Under the pieces are notes generated by a model. The model was given only the letters and a program-made list of their open reading frames with translations, made no database searches and was not told where the DNA came from. A stretch of DNA of 64,000 bases from Sphagnum compactum (Eukaryota), in NCBI GenBank assembly GCA_965153455.1, contig OZ234493.1:22248213-22312212 (forward strand). Direction: 5' to 3'. This document shows, piece by piece, positions 25,646 through 39,500 of this stretch. Numbering within the stretch: the first letter of the stretch is position 1; every line of letters begins with the position of its first letter. A program made the translations under genes and the position numbers.

Positions 25646-27571
25646 AGAACCTCCAGTTCTGAAAATCAGACTTGGTTCCCCACCCAGTTCCAGGTAAACC
25701 AAACCAAAGCCAATGGTTACCTGGCTGTTAACCTCTCTCGGGTTAGGCCTTTATTCTAGTGTTTTTTTTTTAAAAAGACATTCATTAACATCATTCACCA
25801 AAACGTACAATTAATTTTACGTAACATATCCAATCTTTATGAAAATGTAACCTTGCACTCTCTTGCACAACAATAAATAAATAAATAAATGAAATTTAAG
25901 GAATTTTTTATAATTATGTAGTTTTAATTGTCAAAAACACATTTAGACACCCTAACAGGACTATAATGAATAACCAAATTAAAATACACATTCAAATTTT
26001 TTTCAATAGTAAGCTTTTATAATCATTAATATATATTCATGCACAAATTTTCAAAATAAATGGTTTTGTTTTACATAAAATAAAGGATGTTCAAAGTTTC
26101 AATCTCAAGTCAACATTGGATTATCCATTGCTTACTATTCACTTTATAACTATGGAATCATCTTGGAATTACAAAAAAATCATTTAAATAAAATTCAAAA
26201 ATATTAAAAACATTATGCATTTAATTTCATCATATTCCAATGCTTACAACTCATGCAATAATTTTTAAAAATCATGGGGGTGCAAGATTTCATGTGAGTC
26301 AATACAATTCTTGCTCCTTCGATAACAATTGTACCCAAAAACCATTGTTACCTAATCATTCAAACTATTTATTTGAAGGCTATTCTAGCAAGAACTAGTC
26401 TTTTCATGCTACCCTATTGACCATGTTCAAGTCATCGTTTTATGGGCTCACCACTCCTTTTCTTCACATGTGGACTTGCTTGTTTTTGCTTCCTCAATGC
26501 ATGGCCATTGGAGACATTGTAAACAATTTAAGTCTTTTAATTTCAATTACATGTTCCCATGGGGTTCCCAAAGTCCTCTCTATTAGTTTAACTAATTATT
26601 GATAAAAATAAGTTCAATGTGGTTAATTTTTTAGTAAACCTCAAAGGCAAAATAAAAAAGTTGTTTTAGAAAGCAAGAATAAAATGTAGGCCCATGACAC
26701 CATTGTCCACTCAATCGGTGTCAATTGTTGGTTGTGTCATTGTGTCGTTGAAGATCTCAAAAAGTGTTTAGTTATATAGTGTCAATTATCTTTCGTTGCT
26801 CCTATTTAGTATATATGATTGAAAAGTTATAATATGCATAAGTGAGCACAAATTTCATATGTCAAGATTATTGTTCTCATTATAAAAAATACTCATTTGC
26901 ATAAACAATGATTCCCATATAATAATTGCAATGTAATTGTTAAATACATCTCAAAAGAAAGATTATCGTTATAAAAGCAACTCCAACAATGGCATTGTAT
27001 ATGGATCAAACTTTGATGTGAAGATCGGTGGTGGAACAATAGATGTGCAATCCTTGTAAAACCAAATATAAGAAGAACTTGAGGACAATGATCATGAGGA
27101 ATGGTTTGTGGGCTTAATGTTTGATCAATTGTAACATGTAGCCATTTTTAATGTTCCACCAAGAATGAATCATGGTAGTTCTAAACTTGGCAAAGTTTTG
27201 AATTTAAATAGTGCAAAAAACCTTTTCATAGTTTTTACTTTACATAAAAAATCATCAAACAAAATGGACACTCAAAAAGCGTTAAAGAGTCACCAAGATT
27301 GTTACAACTTGATTAACAATATTGGGATAAGGGCTGTATGCCACAATATGCACAACATAAAGAACTAATCTACATGGATAAACTTAGTTCATAACTAACT
27401 AATTTGCCTAGTTCAAAGGGTGTTAAATGTACCAACATCCCTTTTCAACCTTTGTGATTTCACATATTGATGTTCATAGTCACACATATTGAAGTTCACG
27501 ACATAGTTTTCATGATGGCATCAAGGGCACAAAAGGATAAACCACTAGCAACAATACATCAAAGAATTGCT

Positions 27572-28070
27572 CTATGAATCGGTTTTAAGTTTTTTCAAAC
27601 TAAGAACATGAATGTTTTCTCTACATGTCATGTATTTTTTCTTCCCTAACAACTTCATGAATATATCATTAAGTTCATTTTTAGTACCCACATGCTCAAG
27701 ATTGAACTTTCCAAAACTAATACTTTCCTTCACAAAATGATAATAAACTTCAATATGCTTAATGTTAGCATGAAACATGAAGATGGCTCAAGTTAGGTTT
27801 AACCTAAAATATCTTTCTTCTATTGTGATCTTGGGGTTGAAACAAGTTGGACATCAATTCTTGATGTAACTTACAATGTTAACAACTTCAATCCTTGGAA
27901 ATAATTAAGAATCTTGGATTCAATCATCATGGACCTTACCTTCTTGAAAAAGGTTCTATTAATTTGTTCAACCCCACCATTTTGTTGTGGGCTCTAAGAT
28001 TGTGTCAATTGCAAAATGATACCAATTTACCACTCACATATTCTCCTCCACAATTAATGAATAGACATTG
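27572..28070 (-). mobile_element. Degenerate Ty1/Copia LTR-retrotransposon pol remnant (integrase core plus RNase H C-terminus)
   Basis: Minus strand gives GGEYVS and QLTQS*SPQQNGGVEQINRTFFKKVRSMMIESK (integrase, about 28050-27900), then FHANIKHIEVYYHFVKE..VGTKNELNDIFMKLL (RNase H end, 27778-27572). Contains an in-frame stop; no LTRs recognised. Confidence 0.85.
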
Positions 28071-29685
28071 ATTTTTTTTACAAATAACATTGGATTTCCA
28101 CAAGAGCTTTGAAGAGTTTAAACTTTGGGTGAAAGCACACTACAATGCCCAAAACATGTTGTCACAAATATTATTTTTTTGAACATGTGACTTTCAACTT
28201 CCACCACTCCAATACTAAAAGAGGTTTTTATAAATTATATTCAAAATAAGATAGTTTAACTACCAAATAATACAATTGTTCAAAAAAACTACATTTTTAT
28301 TGATAATAAGTGATTAAATAATAAATTTATGAAAAATTAATACCTATACCAATATACTACAAAATGTAAATATATTCTTAAATATATTCATATAATTATA
28401 GCATTTGATGACGTACTTAGTCATATATTGAACATGAATTAATTGTACCATTTCAATTCCATATGAAAAGTTCCATTCATGTGATTTCATAAAAAACATC
28501 TTAATGAGGTTTTCTATTCAAACAAACATAACTATGTGGGGGAAAAAAAGTGTGTTGAAATATTAAATGTGCCTATTGATGGTTTGTGTTTTGTGTTTGG
28601 GCACACCATGTAAGGTAGTGTAATCCACAACTACCTAATGATAAGGTGGTAACAGATTTGGCAACATCTCTTATGAAATCTATCAATATTTTTTTGTATT
28701 ACATGGATTAAAAAATTAAGACATCATCCCTTACATCTAAACTAAGAAAAACCCCCCTTTCCCCCCTTTTCTATCTTTTTATTTTCCTATTAATATGTTC
28801 CCAGACAATTCACAAGAGTCCATCATTATATACGCCATATTTCAAATTTGTGTTTTTTCATGGTCATGCAGATGTCCAAGGGAAAGGGGTCAAGTAGATA
28901 GGTTTGAAAGAGGTAGGTTCAAATGCTACAAAAAAACACTATTTATATATATATGAATAGGATTTCTTTTGTTTTCTAGCTTTCATAGTTGTTACCACTA
29001 GTCAATTTTATTTATTATTTTGTTAACATGATGGCTACTTAGTTGAAAAGGGAAGGGGGGGTGGTACACCAAAAATAATTTTGATTGGGCTAATCAACAA
29101 AAGAAATTTAGCCTTCACTCCATTTGGGCAGATTAAATAAAACCGTTACCAAGAACTTCATGGGCAACATTGAAAAATAAATTTTCAAGTTCTCACATAT
29201 TCTTATTTTTTGACCATTATGCGACTTACAAAATAATGTGATTGAAGAATAGTTGGAAAAGGTTAAGGCAACGTTTGGAGGTCAACTTGTAGAAAAGAAA
29301 ACATGTGTAGAGGAAAAAGATGTAATACCTAACCTATTTCATAGGGAAAGAGGGAGGTTTTTGGTGGGAGGGAGTAGGTAAACATATAGGTCACACATAT
29401 AGATATCAAGATATGAATAATGATGATTTTCATCTTTAAATTTTATTTCATCCATGTTGTGAAATTTTTATATTCGTGGTATTTCGCATCATTGATGTTG
29501 TCAACTCCATTGATATTATGATTTTAAGTTATGAAACTCATTTTCATCCATATGGCAAGATTCTTGAACATAGATAGATCCATCCATTTTGTGTGATTCA
29601 TTGTGTTGTGAATTTCATCCATATATGTGAGTTTACCCTTGTAAACAATATTCATTTTTGAAGTTCAAGTGTATCCATATTGTCA

Positions 29686-30125
29686 AAGTTCATACACATA
29701 ATTTGTTTCATCCGCACAACCTATATTGGTATTTGTGTGGTCAATTTAATACATGAACAAGGTTTGGCACATCATCAAGTGTTATCCATATGGCTAATTA
29801 ATTGTTCCAAGCATTAAGTTTATACATTTATATTACTATTTTGAATTTATTGGAAATTTCACTCAAAAATTAATTTCATTAATGTGGTCATATTTCATTT
29901 ATCTAAGTTCATACACATAATTTGTTTCATTCATACAACCTATATTGGTATTTGTGTGGTCAATTTAATACATGAACAAGGTTTGGCACATCATCAAGTG
30001 TTATCCATATGGCTAATTAATTGTTCCAGGCATTTAATTTTTATACATGTATATTACTATTTTGAATTTATTGGAAATTTCATTCAAAAATTAATTTCAT
30101 TAATGTGGTCATATTTCATCTATCT
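29686..30125. repeat. Tandem duplication, ~219-bp unit x2
   Basis: aagttcatacacataatttgtttcat...aatgtggtcatatttcat.tatct starts at 29686 and again at 29905 with few differences. Confidence 0.93.
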
Positions 30126-32904
30126 ATGGACACTTATGGTTTCTTGGTCTATCCATGAACAATGTTTTGTGCACTTAGTATATTTCATGGTTGACATATA
30201 TATAAGGTTTTGTTTCATCCATGTGCTCAATTTTCTTTTCTTAACAACTCCCTTTTTTTCTTTTTTTTATCCCTTATACCCATGACTTTTCAGTTTTGCC
30301 TTCCCCTCCTTCACTTTTTTCCCTTTTCCTTACACCCTTTCTCCCCACATTTTTCCTTATGAACAAATAATGATATGCTCTTTTGCATGTCCCCTTATGT
30401 TCCTTTGTGATTCCCAATAACACAACGAATTTTATCTTGCAGCATTTGCCCATAATTTTATCCTTTTACCATTGGCAAGTTGGATATGAAAAGGCAAAAA
30501 AAATTCATGTGCCTTTCATAACAACTAATCTATAAAGTGGAGGGGTTAGGTTATTGTAGGTATGTGCACCTCACATACAAAAATTAAAATTAAAATTATT
30601 GCCATATAAATCTATTTCAAATTAGATTTGTTGTGAAATTTCATCATAGGTCAATTTCATCATTATCAATATTTTAGTAATGTATTGCATGGGTCATTTG
30701 TGTCATCCATACGTGATAATTTCACCTAATTGATTAACCTTAATTTTGAAATTCAAGAAGATTAGAAATGATAATGTTTTAATAGGTGAAAATTAAATCT
30801 CATATTCTTAAAATAACGAAAGTCAAAATGATTCATGGGCAATCTATACAATCATGGATTATTAATGTCTAGCATCTAGTGTGTAATTATTTTCTAAATA
30901 ATTTTTAAAATTAAAATTTAAATATATTAATATTTTGACCTTATATCAATTGATCATCACTTGTGGTATGAAGCAATGTGAAGCCCAATTTTGAAATTCA
31001 AGAAAAGTTCAATTTCATCCATGTTATCAAAGTTCACCCCTTTCATTTGTTTGAATCGTTTTGTATAAAAATAGCTTGACAAAAAAAACACATAATATGA
31101 AATTCCAAAAGTTACAATCTTGAAGTAACACAAAAATTTAAGCCAAAACACATGATTGGCCATTAAATTTTCAATTTCATCATCTTTGAAAAGTTTTTCT
31201 AAGTCCCAATTTGCAACATATCTTTTGACATGTCATGATTATCATCAAAAAATAGTTTGCATTTTGATTTATCCTTTGTGCAAACACTATGAGAAATCAT
31301 ATTGTTCAAACCACATTACCCTTCAACTAAAGCTCCAAAACATACATAACTACATTATAATTAAAACATGGAAATATATAAAATTATAAATAAAATGTCA
31401 TGTCAAAAAATCAAGGAGTTTTACTATAATTACAACTTAATTGCAAATGGGACACCAATATGGTGTATTAATGTTGTACACGTTATACATATGTAAGTAA
31501 TCAATCGTGTTTGATTTTTTGACAAGTTCCACTTTAGTTATGTGTGGCAATTACATTATAACTTGTGTAAATGTAACACCCAATCAACAAATGCATTGCA
31601 TTTAGTGTACAATGTTGACACATATGATTTTGGCATGTGTATTCATTTTTACAACCCATTATATATGCCACTTGGAACTAGTTGTTAACTATGATTCCCA
31701 TTCATAGAACGAGTTATGTCATTGTGTTGCCACTAAAAAAGTATTATTTTTCCATTATTTTGTGATTGTTGTTCAATTATTAATAACTAAACAAATTTGT
31801 ATTTAATATTTAATCTTTAATATTTAATAATGAATTATTTTTCAATAACTTGTTAACTATTACATATTTAATATTTAATAGTTAATGTGAATTAGTCACT
31901 TTAATTTAGACAACTAGTTTGTTAATTGCCTCAAATAATTAATTTTAAAATAATTAAATGACTATTTTTTTCTAAATTAAATTAATTCATACAAATATTA
32001 AATTCAAATAATTAATTCTTTCGTTAATTTAGACAAATAATAGAAAATTAAATTCAAAAAAATTATTAATTATCTAAATTTAGGTCATTAATTAACTGAT
32101 AGTAAATTATCTAAAATAAAATAAATAAATATTTGAAATAAATAACTAAAAAAATAGATTACTTGTATTGATTAATTCAAATAATTAATTAGTGAATTAA
32201 TGATCTAAAAATTAATTATTTACATTCATTAATTAGCTAATTATCTGAATTAAAATAATTAATTTAGATAATTAGCTCATATAATTAATTAAAATAATTA
32301 AAGATCAAATAATATAATTAATTAATTTTGGGAATCTAAATGATTAATAATTTTAATTCTATTTAAATTTAAATCATTAATTAATTGATAGTTAACTAAC
32401 TAATTATTTGAATTAGATTGATTACTTTTTTAAAAATTAATTCAAATGATTATTTCAAATAATTAATTCACATATATATATTTATCAAATAATTATTTAT
32501 ATAGTTGTGTAATTTACAAAATTAAATACAAACACAAAAAATGTGGAATTTTCTTTCCTAATTGCAACCCAATTTGTAATTAATGTACAACTAAAATATT
32601 TAATCCATATGTTTTATTTTTGAATTTCATCTCACAAATTATATTAAAAAGGTGTCTTTTGTTGTGCGTTCAGATTAAAATATATGTGTCAATTTGAAAT
32701 AAATTCAAAAAAAATAAACCCTAAAAAAACATAGAATGAAATAAAAATATTTACATGGTTACTTTTTAATTCACCTACCCTTCTACCTTCCTATTTTTGT
32801 ACCTTCCTAGGTATGTAAGTTGGCAATCCTATTTTGTTATTTACCTACCTAAGTAGGTAAATAAGTATGTAGTGTAGGTAGATATGTAGCTTAGTTATGT
32901 AAAT

Positions 32905-33217
32905 ATCATCACAAATTTAACAGGCGAATAATCAATAATGAAAATTATGTGAAGTTTGTCCATTCATAGGTTTGTACATTTGACACACGAATATCATGCA
33001 TTGAAAACACATTTGACACATGAATAAATGTGTTGACAGATGAAGTACAAATCTATGAATGAACAAATGTCACATGAATTTTGCATCTTCCAATAAATAT
33101 TTGTGTTGGATGTGTTTTTCAATGCACAATATCAAGGTGTGAACTGTACAAATTATGAATGAACGAATTTTGGACGATTTCCATTACTAAGGCATGAGAT
33201 GTTAAATTTGTGATGAT
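32905..33217. repeat. Imperfect foldback (MITE-like) inside the CACTA element
   Basis: Nested inverted pairs: atcatcacaaatttaaca / tgttaaatttgtgatgat; cattcata..tttgtaca / tgtacaaa.tatgaatg; tgcattgaaaa.cacat / atgtgtttttcaatgca. Confidence 0.75.
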
Positions 33218-33312
33218 GTCCTTCCTACCTAACTACCTACTTATTTATGCTTATGTATTGACCTACCTAGTTACTTGTATATATATAATTTTTTTCAAAT
33301 TTTAAATAATAT

Positions 33313-33452
33313 CACTAGAAGAAAAACCCAATTTTTCGACTTGTCTTAGGCGATTAAAAGTGTCTTTTGCGACTATTTTTGATAAAAAATAGTCGCAAAA
33401 GACACTTTTAGTCGCCTAAGACAAGTTGAAAAATGGGGTTTTTTTTCTAGTG
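33313..33452. mobile_element. 140-bp palindromic CACTA mini-element
   Basis: CACTAG...CTAGTG with 68-bp arms (33313-33380 and 33385-33452), 4 mismatches and a GATA loop. Flanks are TAT and TGT (2 of 3 TSD match). Confidence 0.88.
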
Positions 33453-34631
33453 TGTTCCACATGGCAATTTTCATTGTGCCACATGTCACAATTTAAGGCC
33501 ATTATAAATGAACAATCATAATTGATGGTTGAGATCAATATTTCAAAAATATATATAATTTTCACCCAAAATCCCCTTAGTGCCATGTATTAAATTTTGA
33601 TGCATTGATGAAAAGTAATGTTAACACTACATTACCATGGTAATTACAAACTAGTTGCATTAAAATTACATTGTAATTGTTTTCACATGGTTATACTTGA
33701 ATTGCATATGTTGCCATTCATGCAATGTGTTTGATAACAATCATGTTCTTAAAAATACGTTGAATTGCAATGAGTTGCAAATGGTCATTGCAACTCAAAA
33801 ACCCAATGGCAAGGCTAGTTGCAAATCACCCTATTTTCTCATAGTGAAATTTTTGAAATATTAACATCCAACATGTATTGAAAGTTTAAATAATTTAACT
33901 TGAGGTGCCAAAAACTACCTTGCCCTAAAATTATCTCAATTTGACACTTGATTGAATATAATCATAGTGTATAATAGTGTGGTTAAAAATTTTAAATTTT
34001 TTTTTGGCATGGCAAATAAGTATTTTTCAAAACAATTGACAATTCCAACAAGTAATTAGTTGGTGCATAATCAAGATAGGTATTATGGGTAATATCTAAA
34101 AAAAATTGCAATCAAATGTCAAATCGTCATTTATTTTTAAAAATCAAGTTCAACAATAAATGTGATTTTTTAAAAAAAATTGGCTTATTATTATGGTAAA
34201 ATAAATAGTTGGCAGTGGTGACCAATCATTGTTTTTAATGTGGATGGAAAAAATTCATTAAAATACAAGCATTGCACCATCTCTTCTCTTCATCGTAATT
34301 ATTGGTTACAAGCAACAAGGATGTGTTCACTTTATCCAACAATTAAATGAATTGTATTACATATTGAAATTGCTTTAAAGCATAAATACATGTCAAGGAC
34401 AAGACAATATATAAGAAAAGTATTATATGGACTTATCAAAACAAAGAACTTGACAATGAACATGAATTAAAAAGATGTCATTCATAGAATTTAAGGCATG
34501 CTGCAAAACTAAACTTTGGAAATGAAGTTGGTTAAATCACAACTTGTGTTACAAAAATTGAAAGGTGGTGCTTTCAAAACCTCTGCTTATGTTATCTCAT
34601 GGACTTTTTAAAAAAATTTGTTGACCTTCTA

Positions 34632-34870
34632 CAAAGTTTTGCCAACTAAACCTTTTGTAAGCTTTTATTCCATAACCATCTAAAAGCTTCCATCAACTAT
34701 GTTTTTGAAAAGCTTCTATCAACTATCCTAATTTTAAAAACTTTTGCCAATTATGTCTTTTACAAGTTTATATCAACTATCCTTTAAAAAGCTTCCACCA
34801 ATTATGTCTTTTAGAAGTTTTTGTCAACCATCATTTTATAAATTTTCTTCAACTAAGTCTTGTAAAAACT
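34632..34870. repeat. Degenerate minisatellite, ~26-bp unit x ~9
   Basis: Recurrent aaaagcttY.atcaactat.Ytttt-like unit. Confidence 0.65.
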
Positions 34871-35869
34871 CGTAAGGATATTCCTTACATTTAAAAAATA
34901 AATTCCTTTCATGTTTAGTTTCCATGACAATAGGTAAGTGATTGGTAGATCACCTACGTATTAAATATTAATTAGTGCAAATAAAAAATGATATACCTTA
35001 AATATAACCTACACAATTATCTTAACTTCCCAAAATTTCAACATTGACAAGTTATTTCTATAACATTTGACCCTCCAATCATGTAATTAAAAAAAAAATT
35101 AACATTAAATTTTTTTGTCAAACTTGAAAAAGTAATATGTGGACAAATGAAAATAAATTCACAAGGTACTCATAATATTACAATATATAGTATTAATCTA
35201 GTGGCAATGACCATCATTAATATGAAATATATTGGGAGTGCAATAATGATATTTTATAACAATAAAAATTTGACATTCCTTCAAATTATTTTGGCCAATG
35301 ACTTTTCTAAGGTTTAAGGTCCTTTAATATATCATAAGTGATGATCATCGATAGAAAAATGTAAAAAAATGATGATCATGTTTAGGAAGATTTAAGCGAA
35401 ATTCAAACCAATTACAAAATACAAAATTTGATCATTTTTTTATATTTATGGCTACACATTGCAAACCAAATATATAGATTTCTGACAATTTTTACTATTA
35501 TTTTTCTTAAATTTGTTAACAAAAACCTTCAAAAAATCATGTTTCATTTTCATTTTTGTAAATTTTAATTTCATTTTTTGCAAGAAATCACGGCCAAAAA
35601 AGGTTGGTAATGATAGGTTCAATAGTTGCAAATGGAAGGCATTTGGTGGGAGGATAAGTGGGCATGTAAATACATTGATATATTATCATATAGATTGAAG
35701 AAAACCTATTTGAAATTATTATGATAATATGTGTAATCAATCAATTCTATGTTGACAAGATGATGGTTATAGTGTTTTTCTAGCATTTGAAAATGAAAAT
35801 TTAATTATTTACAATAGATGTGGATAATTGGATCCACTAATAGAAATCTCCAAATATATGGCGGAATTT

Positions 35870-36555
35870 AAATATTTAAATATTATCCAATTTTCTGAAA
35901 TTATGAATTTTATTCATTTTAACACATATAATATAATATAATAGGGTAGTAATATATTTTTATACATATAATATTTAAATTTTTATTTAAATTTATGATA
36001 AAATTTAATGTACAAATAAATTGTATATTTTTCACATCTTACATTTCTATTTTATTAAAATTAAAATATAATAAAATATTTATAATATATCACACCTTTA
36101 CCATGTAAATTTATTTCAATGTATAATATTTAATTTATTCACATTAAATATTTAAAATGGATTATATATCAAGTATATTTTTTAAAAATGTAATAAAGGT
36201 TTGTACTCATATTAAATTATTATTAGTCATTTTTGAATCATTGTAAAATAGTTGTATGACCACATTTTTTTGTAATGACTTTATCTTAGTTACATTTTTA
36301 AATGATATTTTGGACATCCATATCATTTTGTCATCAATCATGGATGTTATATGAATGAAAACTTGTAATGAAAAAATAGTGTCATCCTCTTATTATCATG
36401 TCATCATCTACTAGTAAAATGGACTATTAATTTACGACTACAAATTTTTCACATAGGATTTGAAGTAATATCCTATGACTACAATAAATTATGTAGTCAT
36501 TTAGAACATCTAGTCATTGGTTTCTTGGTTACAAAGGACATAATTCCTTATAGTG
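35870..36555 (-). mobile_element. CACTA-terminated non-autonomous element fragment (copy B, inverted relative to 1062-1850)
   Basis: The reverse complement begins CACTATAAGGAAT and shares ttcaaatccta, ctagtaga..atgacatg, tgtccaaaatatcat and aaaatagaaatgtaagatgtg with copy A. Confidence 0.65.
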
Positions 36556-39500
36556 ATCATCATTTTTCCACACAAAAGTAGATAATAATGACGAAAAAAC
36601 AACTTGAAGTTGGATCATATGGGCCTTGCATTCTTTATTGTATAATCAAATCAAATTGGTTAATTGGATGATTTTGTCCACAAATGTGGGCCATTATTCA
36701 AACAACTTACAAAATCATATTTTATTTTGAAAGCAAGATGACTTATAATTAACCAACATTTATTAGTTGTTCATAGATGCCCTTTGTACTAAAACTAAGA
36801 CAAGGATGGATTTGTGAATCAAAATTGATCTTGTCAAATGCATGTTAACCTTTAAATGATAATCAAATAACTTGAACTACCACCATGTAGTGGAATATGC
36901 AAGGTGCCATAAATTCCAACAATCATTTAAGCTATTTGCTTGAGGGTCCAAACATGACACAATAGACATTTTGTGGTTTTTGACAAATTTCCAAAATGTA
37001 GCTAGAAAATAGATTTGGAAAGATTTTTAATGCAACTTGTATTTCCTTTTTGAAAATAAAACAAAAAACTCATGAGTGTAATCAAATTTGTGTTAGAAGG
37101 GTTGCCAATTACATGGTTGTTATGGAATTTATTTGTTTTTCTTAGTTGAATTCCAAAAAGTAGATTAAAAGTATGTTTGGATAAATATTGGATTTTTATT
37201 GTTTAAACTTAATTGATAACTTTAAAAAATCTTTACATGACTATAATGAGGTCAATCAAGGGTATCACATCTATATATTAACATAATAATTTGTTTTGTT
37301 CTTTACTAGATGCCTTAAACCTCCTAAACTAAAAGGCCCTTCGTTGTGTTTTTAAAAAACTCTCAACAAGGCGGTGTACGCATTGGTTGTTTCACGTTTT
37401 TTGGGTTGATAAAGTAAATTTCATTGAATTTAGTTCATGATTTTTGTCGTTGGAAATTATTACTTAAAAATTATAAAATTAATATTTTCAACCATTCAAT
37501 GCCTCTTCATCATATCAATCCTTTATGTTTGGCTTTTCACATTTCAAACCTTAAGACTAGGGCCAATGACACTTGAATTCACAATTTGACCAATAACACT
37601 TGATTCATTATTACAAATAAATTGGGTGTTTAGAGTCATGTCTCTTAAAGAACCTTCAAGAAGGTTTTTAGTCCAATTTATAGTTTTTAAAGCCTTGAAA
37701 ATGATTATATTTCAGCCAACAATAGAAGAGTCCAATAATATATATTAAAGTCTCTATTTTTTATAATAAGATTTCAAAATTTTACTTGTATTTATTTTTT
37801 AAAAATGGACAACAATTGATGTAAAATACCTTATCTTAGACAAGGTCAACTCCTTAGTACTCAAAAAAGAAACTACCTTCACTTGCTTACTTTACTACAA
37901 CTACTCAAATAATAGGTAAGAAGTCACACAAAAAACAAAAGAAAATAGTGGGGTCTATTGTCTAAGAACATACCCATTGTCTTGTCTACAGGCTACTCTA
38001 GTGATGCAAGAAGAAGAAAATATAGAAAGGAAACATGGGAAATGAAAATAACTAGTGAGTAATTATTTTCCATGGTTTTATAGTATCTTCAATGCATTTG
38101 AATGTTGCCCTAGTGGGGTGTGTCGGCTTTCCACAACTACTATCCCACCTTCAAAATGCATGCAAAACCTTTGGTAACATTGCCTACCGTTTGCAACACC
38201 CTTTGAACACCTCCCCAATGCTACCTACGGTTTGCAGCATCCCACCTAGTCTGTGGACTTCAACCTTCAAAATTTCCCCTTCATCCTATTGCCATATACT
38301 AGTTGCTACCTTCCTATGGTAATTAATAACTTCATATTCCAAAGGCTACCACTTAGTATGAAATCTTGCACCTTTTTGTAGAAGAAACATATAAAAGGGC
38401 AACGACACATTGTATAATCTTAAACTATACTACTTTCCACATCTCCTAATAGAATAAATGCTCACAAAACACGTAGAGGTTTTTAAAGCATTCATTAGAA
38501 TCACACACAAGTACAAATACATTTCCCATTACTCTTTCCTCCCTAGTATACACCATACACTTCTTCAAGAAAGTCCTTTATTCCAACAACCAACTACAAA
38601 ATATTGAATGCCATAGAAGTCTACCAAATCCTAAGGTTTAATCTTCCTTCTCCACGAAACCAAACAAGGCCCACATTGATCCGATGAAAATAAGATCCTT
38701 ATCCTAATCCTTTTCTAGAAATCTTCTAGATGATTGGGTAGTTTGCCCCTAACCACTCACTAATATTAAATATTTAATCCCATTAGCTTCACCCCTTTGG
38801 TAAAGGATTGTAAGTTTACCACTAACAATTATTAATTACTAAGTTGCCTATAGTACTAATTAGTTTAGAGATTTTTACCCCTTAACACTATCCTAGTGAA
38901 CCATAATCATTTACTTTCAAATTTAAAAACTAGTACTTACAATAGTTATGAAAGAACTATCCAAAAACGAAGTTTATTTTTTGTTTCAATGAATTTGTTT
39001 TTAGTACATATTAGGAAAGACCCCAAGTTTCACAAAAAGTGAAAACAAAGTCCTATTCATGTTTTAAGGTGCCAATAAAATAACAAGAGTCACATCCGTT
39101 TCCTTAGGGGACTACTTGTGAAAAATAATTTCTTAAAATACTCTCACAAAAATGCTCAAACAAATTCTAAAAGATCTTGAATTTTTATAAATACTATTAT
39201 GTCAAGGTTTATGTAAAGAATTTTAAGAAATATGTTATTTGAAAAGTTTTGAAACCCATTTACAAGTCCTTTTTGCACGCTTGAAAATAATTGTTATAAT
39301 GTTTAATGAATGTTTTTGAGAACTTTTTATTCATTAGTTTTTTTCGAATTAATTCACCTATTCCAATGATATATTAGGAACCTTATAATATAAAATAATT
39401 TAATACTTTCAACATTAAATTAAATCACCACTTTTAAATGTGAAAAACTAGATAAATGTTACACTTGTTGTTTTGTGTGATTACACTTTTCAGTTAAAAT

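Larger units (their letters stand above)
31285..33846. mobile_element. Complete non-autonomous CACTA (En/Spm) element, 2562 bp
   Basis: Left end CACTATGAGAAA at 31285 and right end TTTCTCATAGTG at 33846 form a perfect 12-bp TIR, flanked by AAA on both sides (3-bp TSD). Has subterminal caact/agttg motifs and an AT-rich non-coding interior. Confidence 0.8.

Noticed and set aside
29884..30285. 133-aa hydrophobic ORF
   Set aside because: Lies in an AT-rich tandem duplication whose other copy has a stop; the composition reflects T-richness.
1062..36555. A single 35-kb gene-capturing CACTA transposon
   Set aside because: The flanking triplets differ (AAG vs ATC), the termini are diverged, and the enclosed genes are intact ordinary genes. 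Kept only as a low-interest rearrangement hypothesis.
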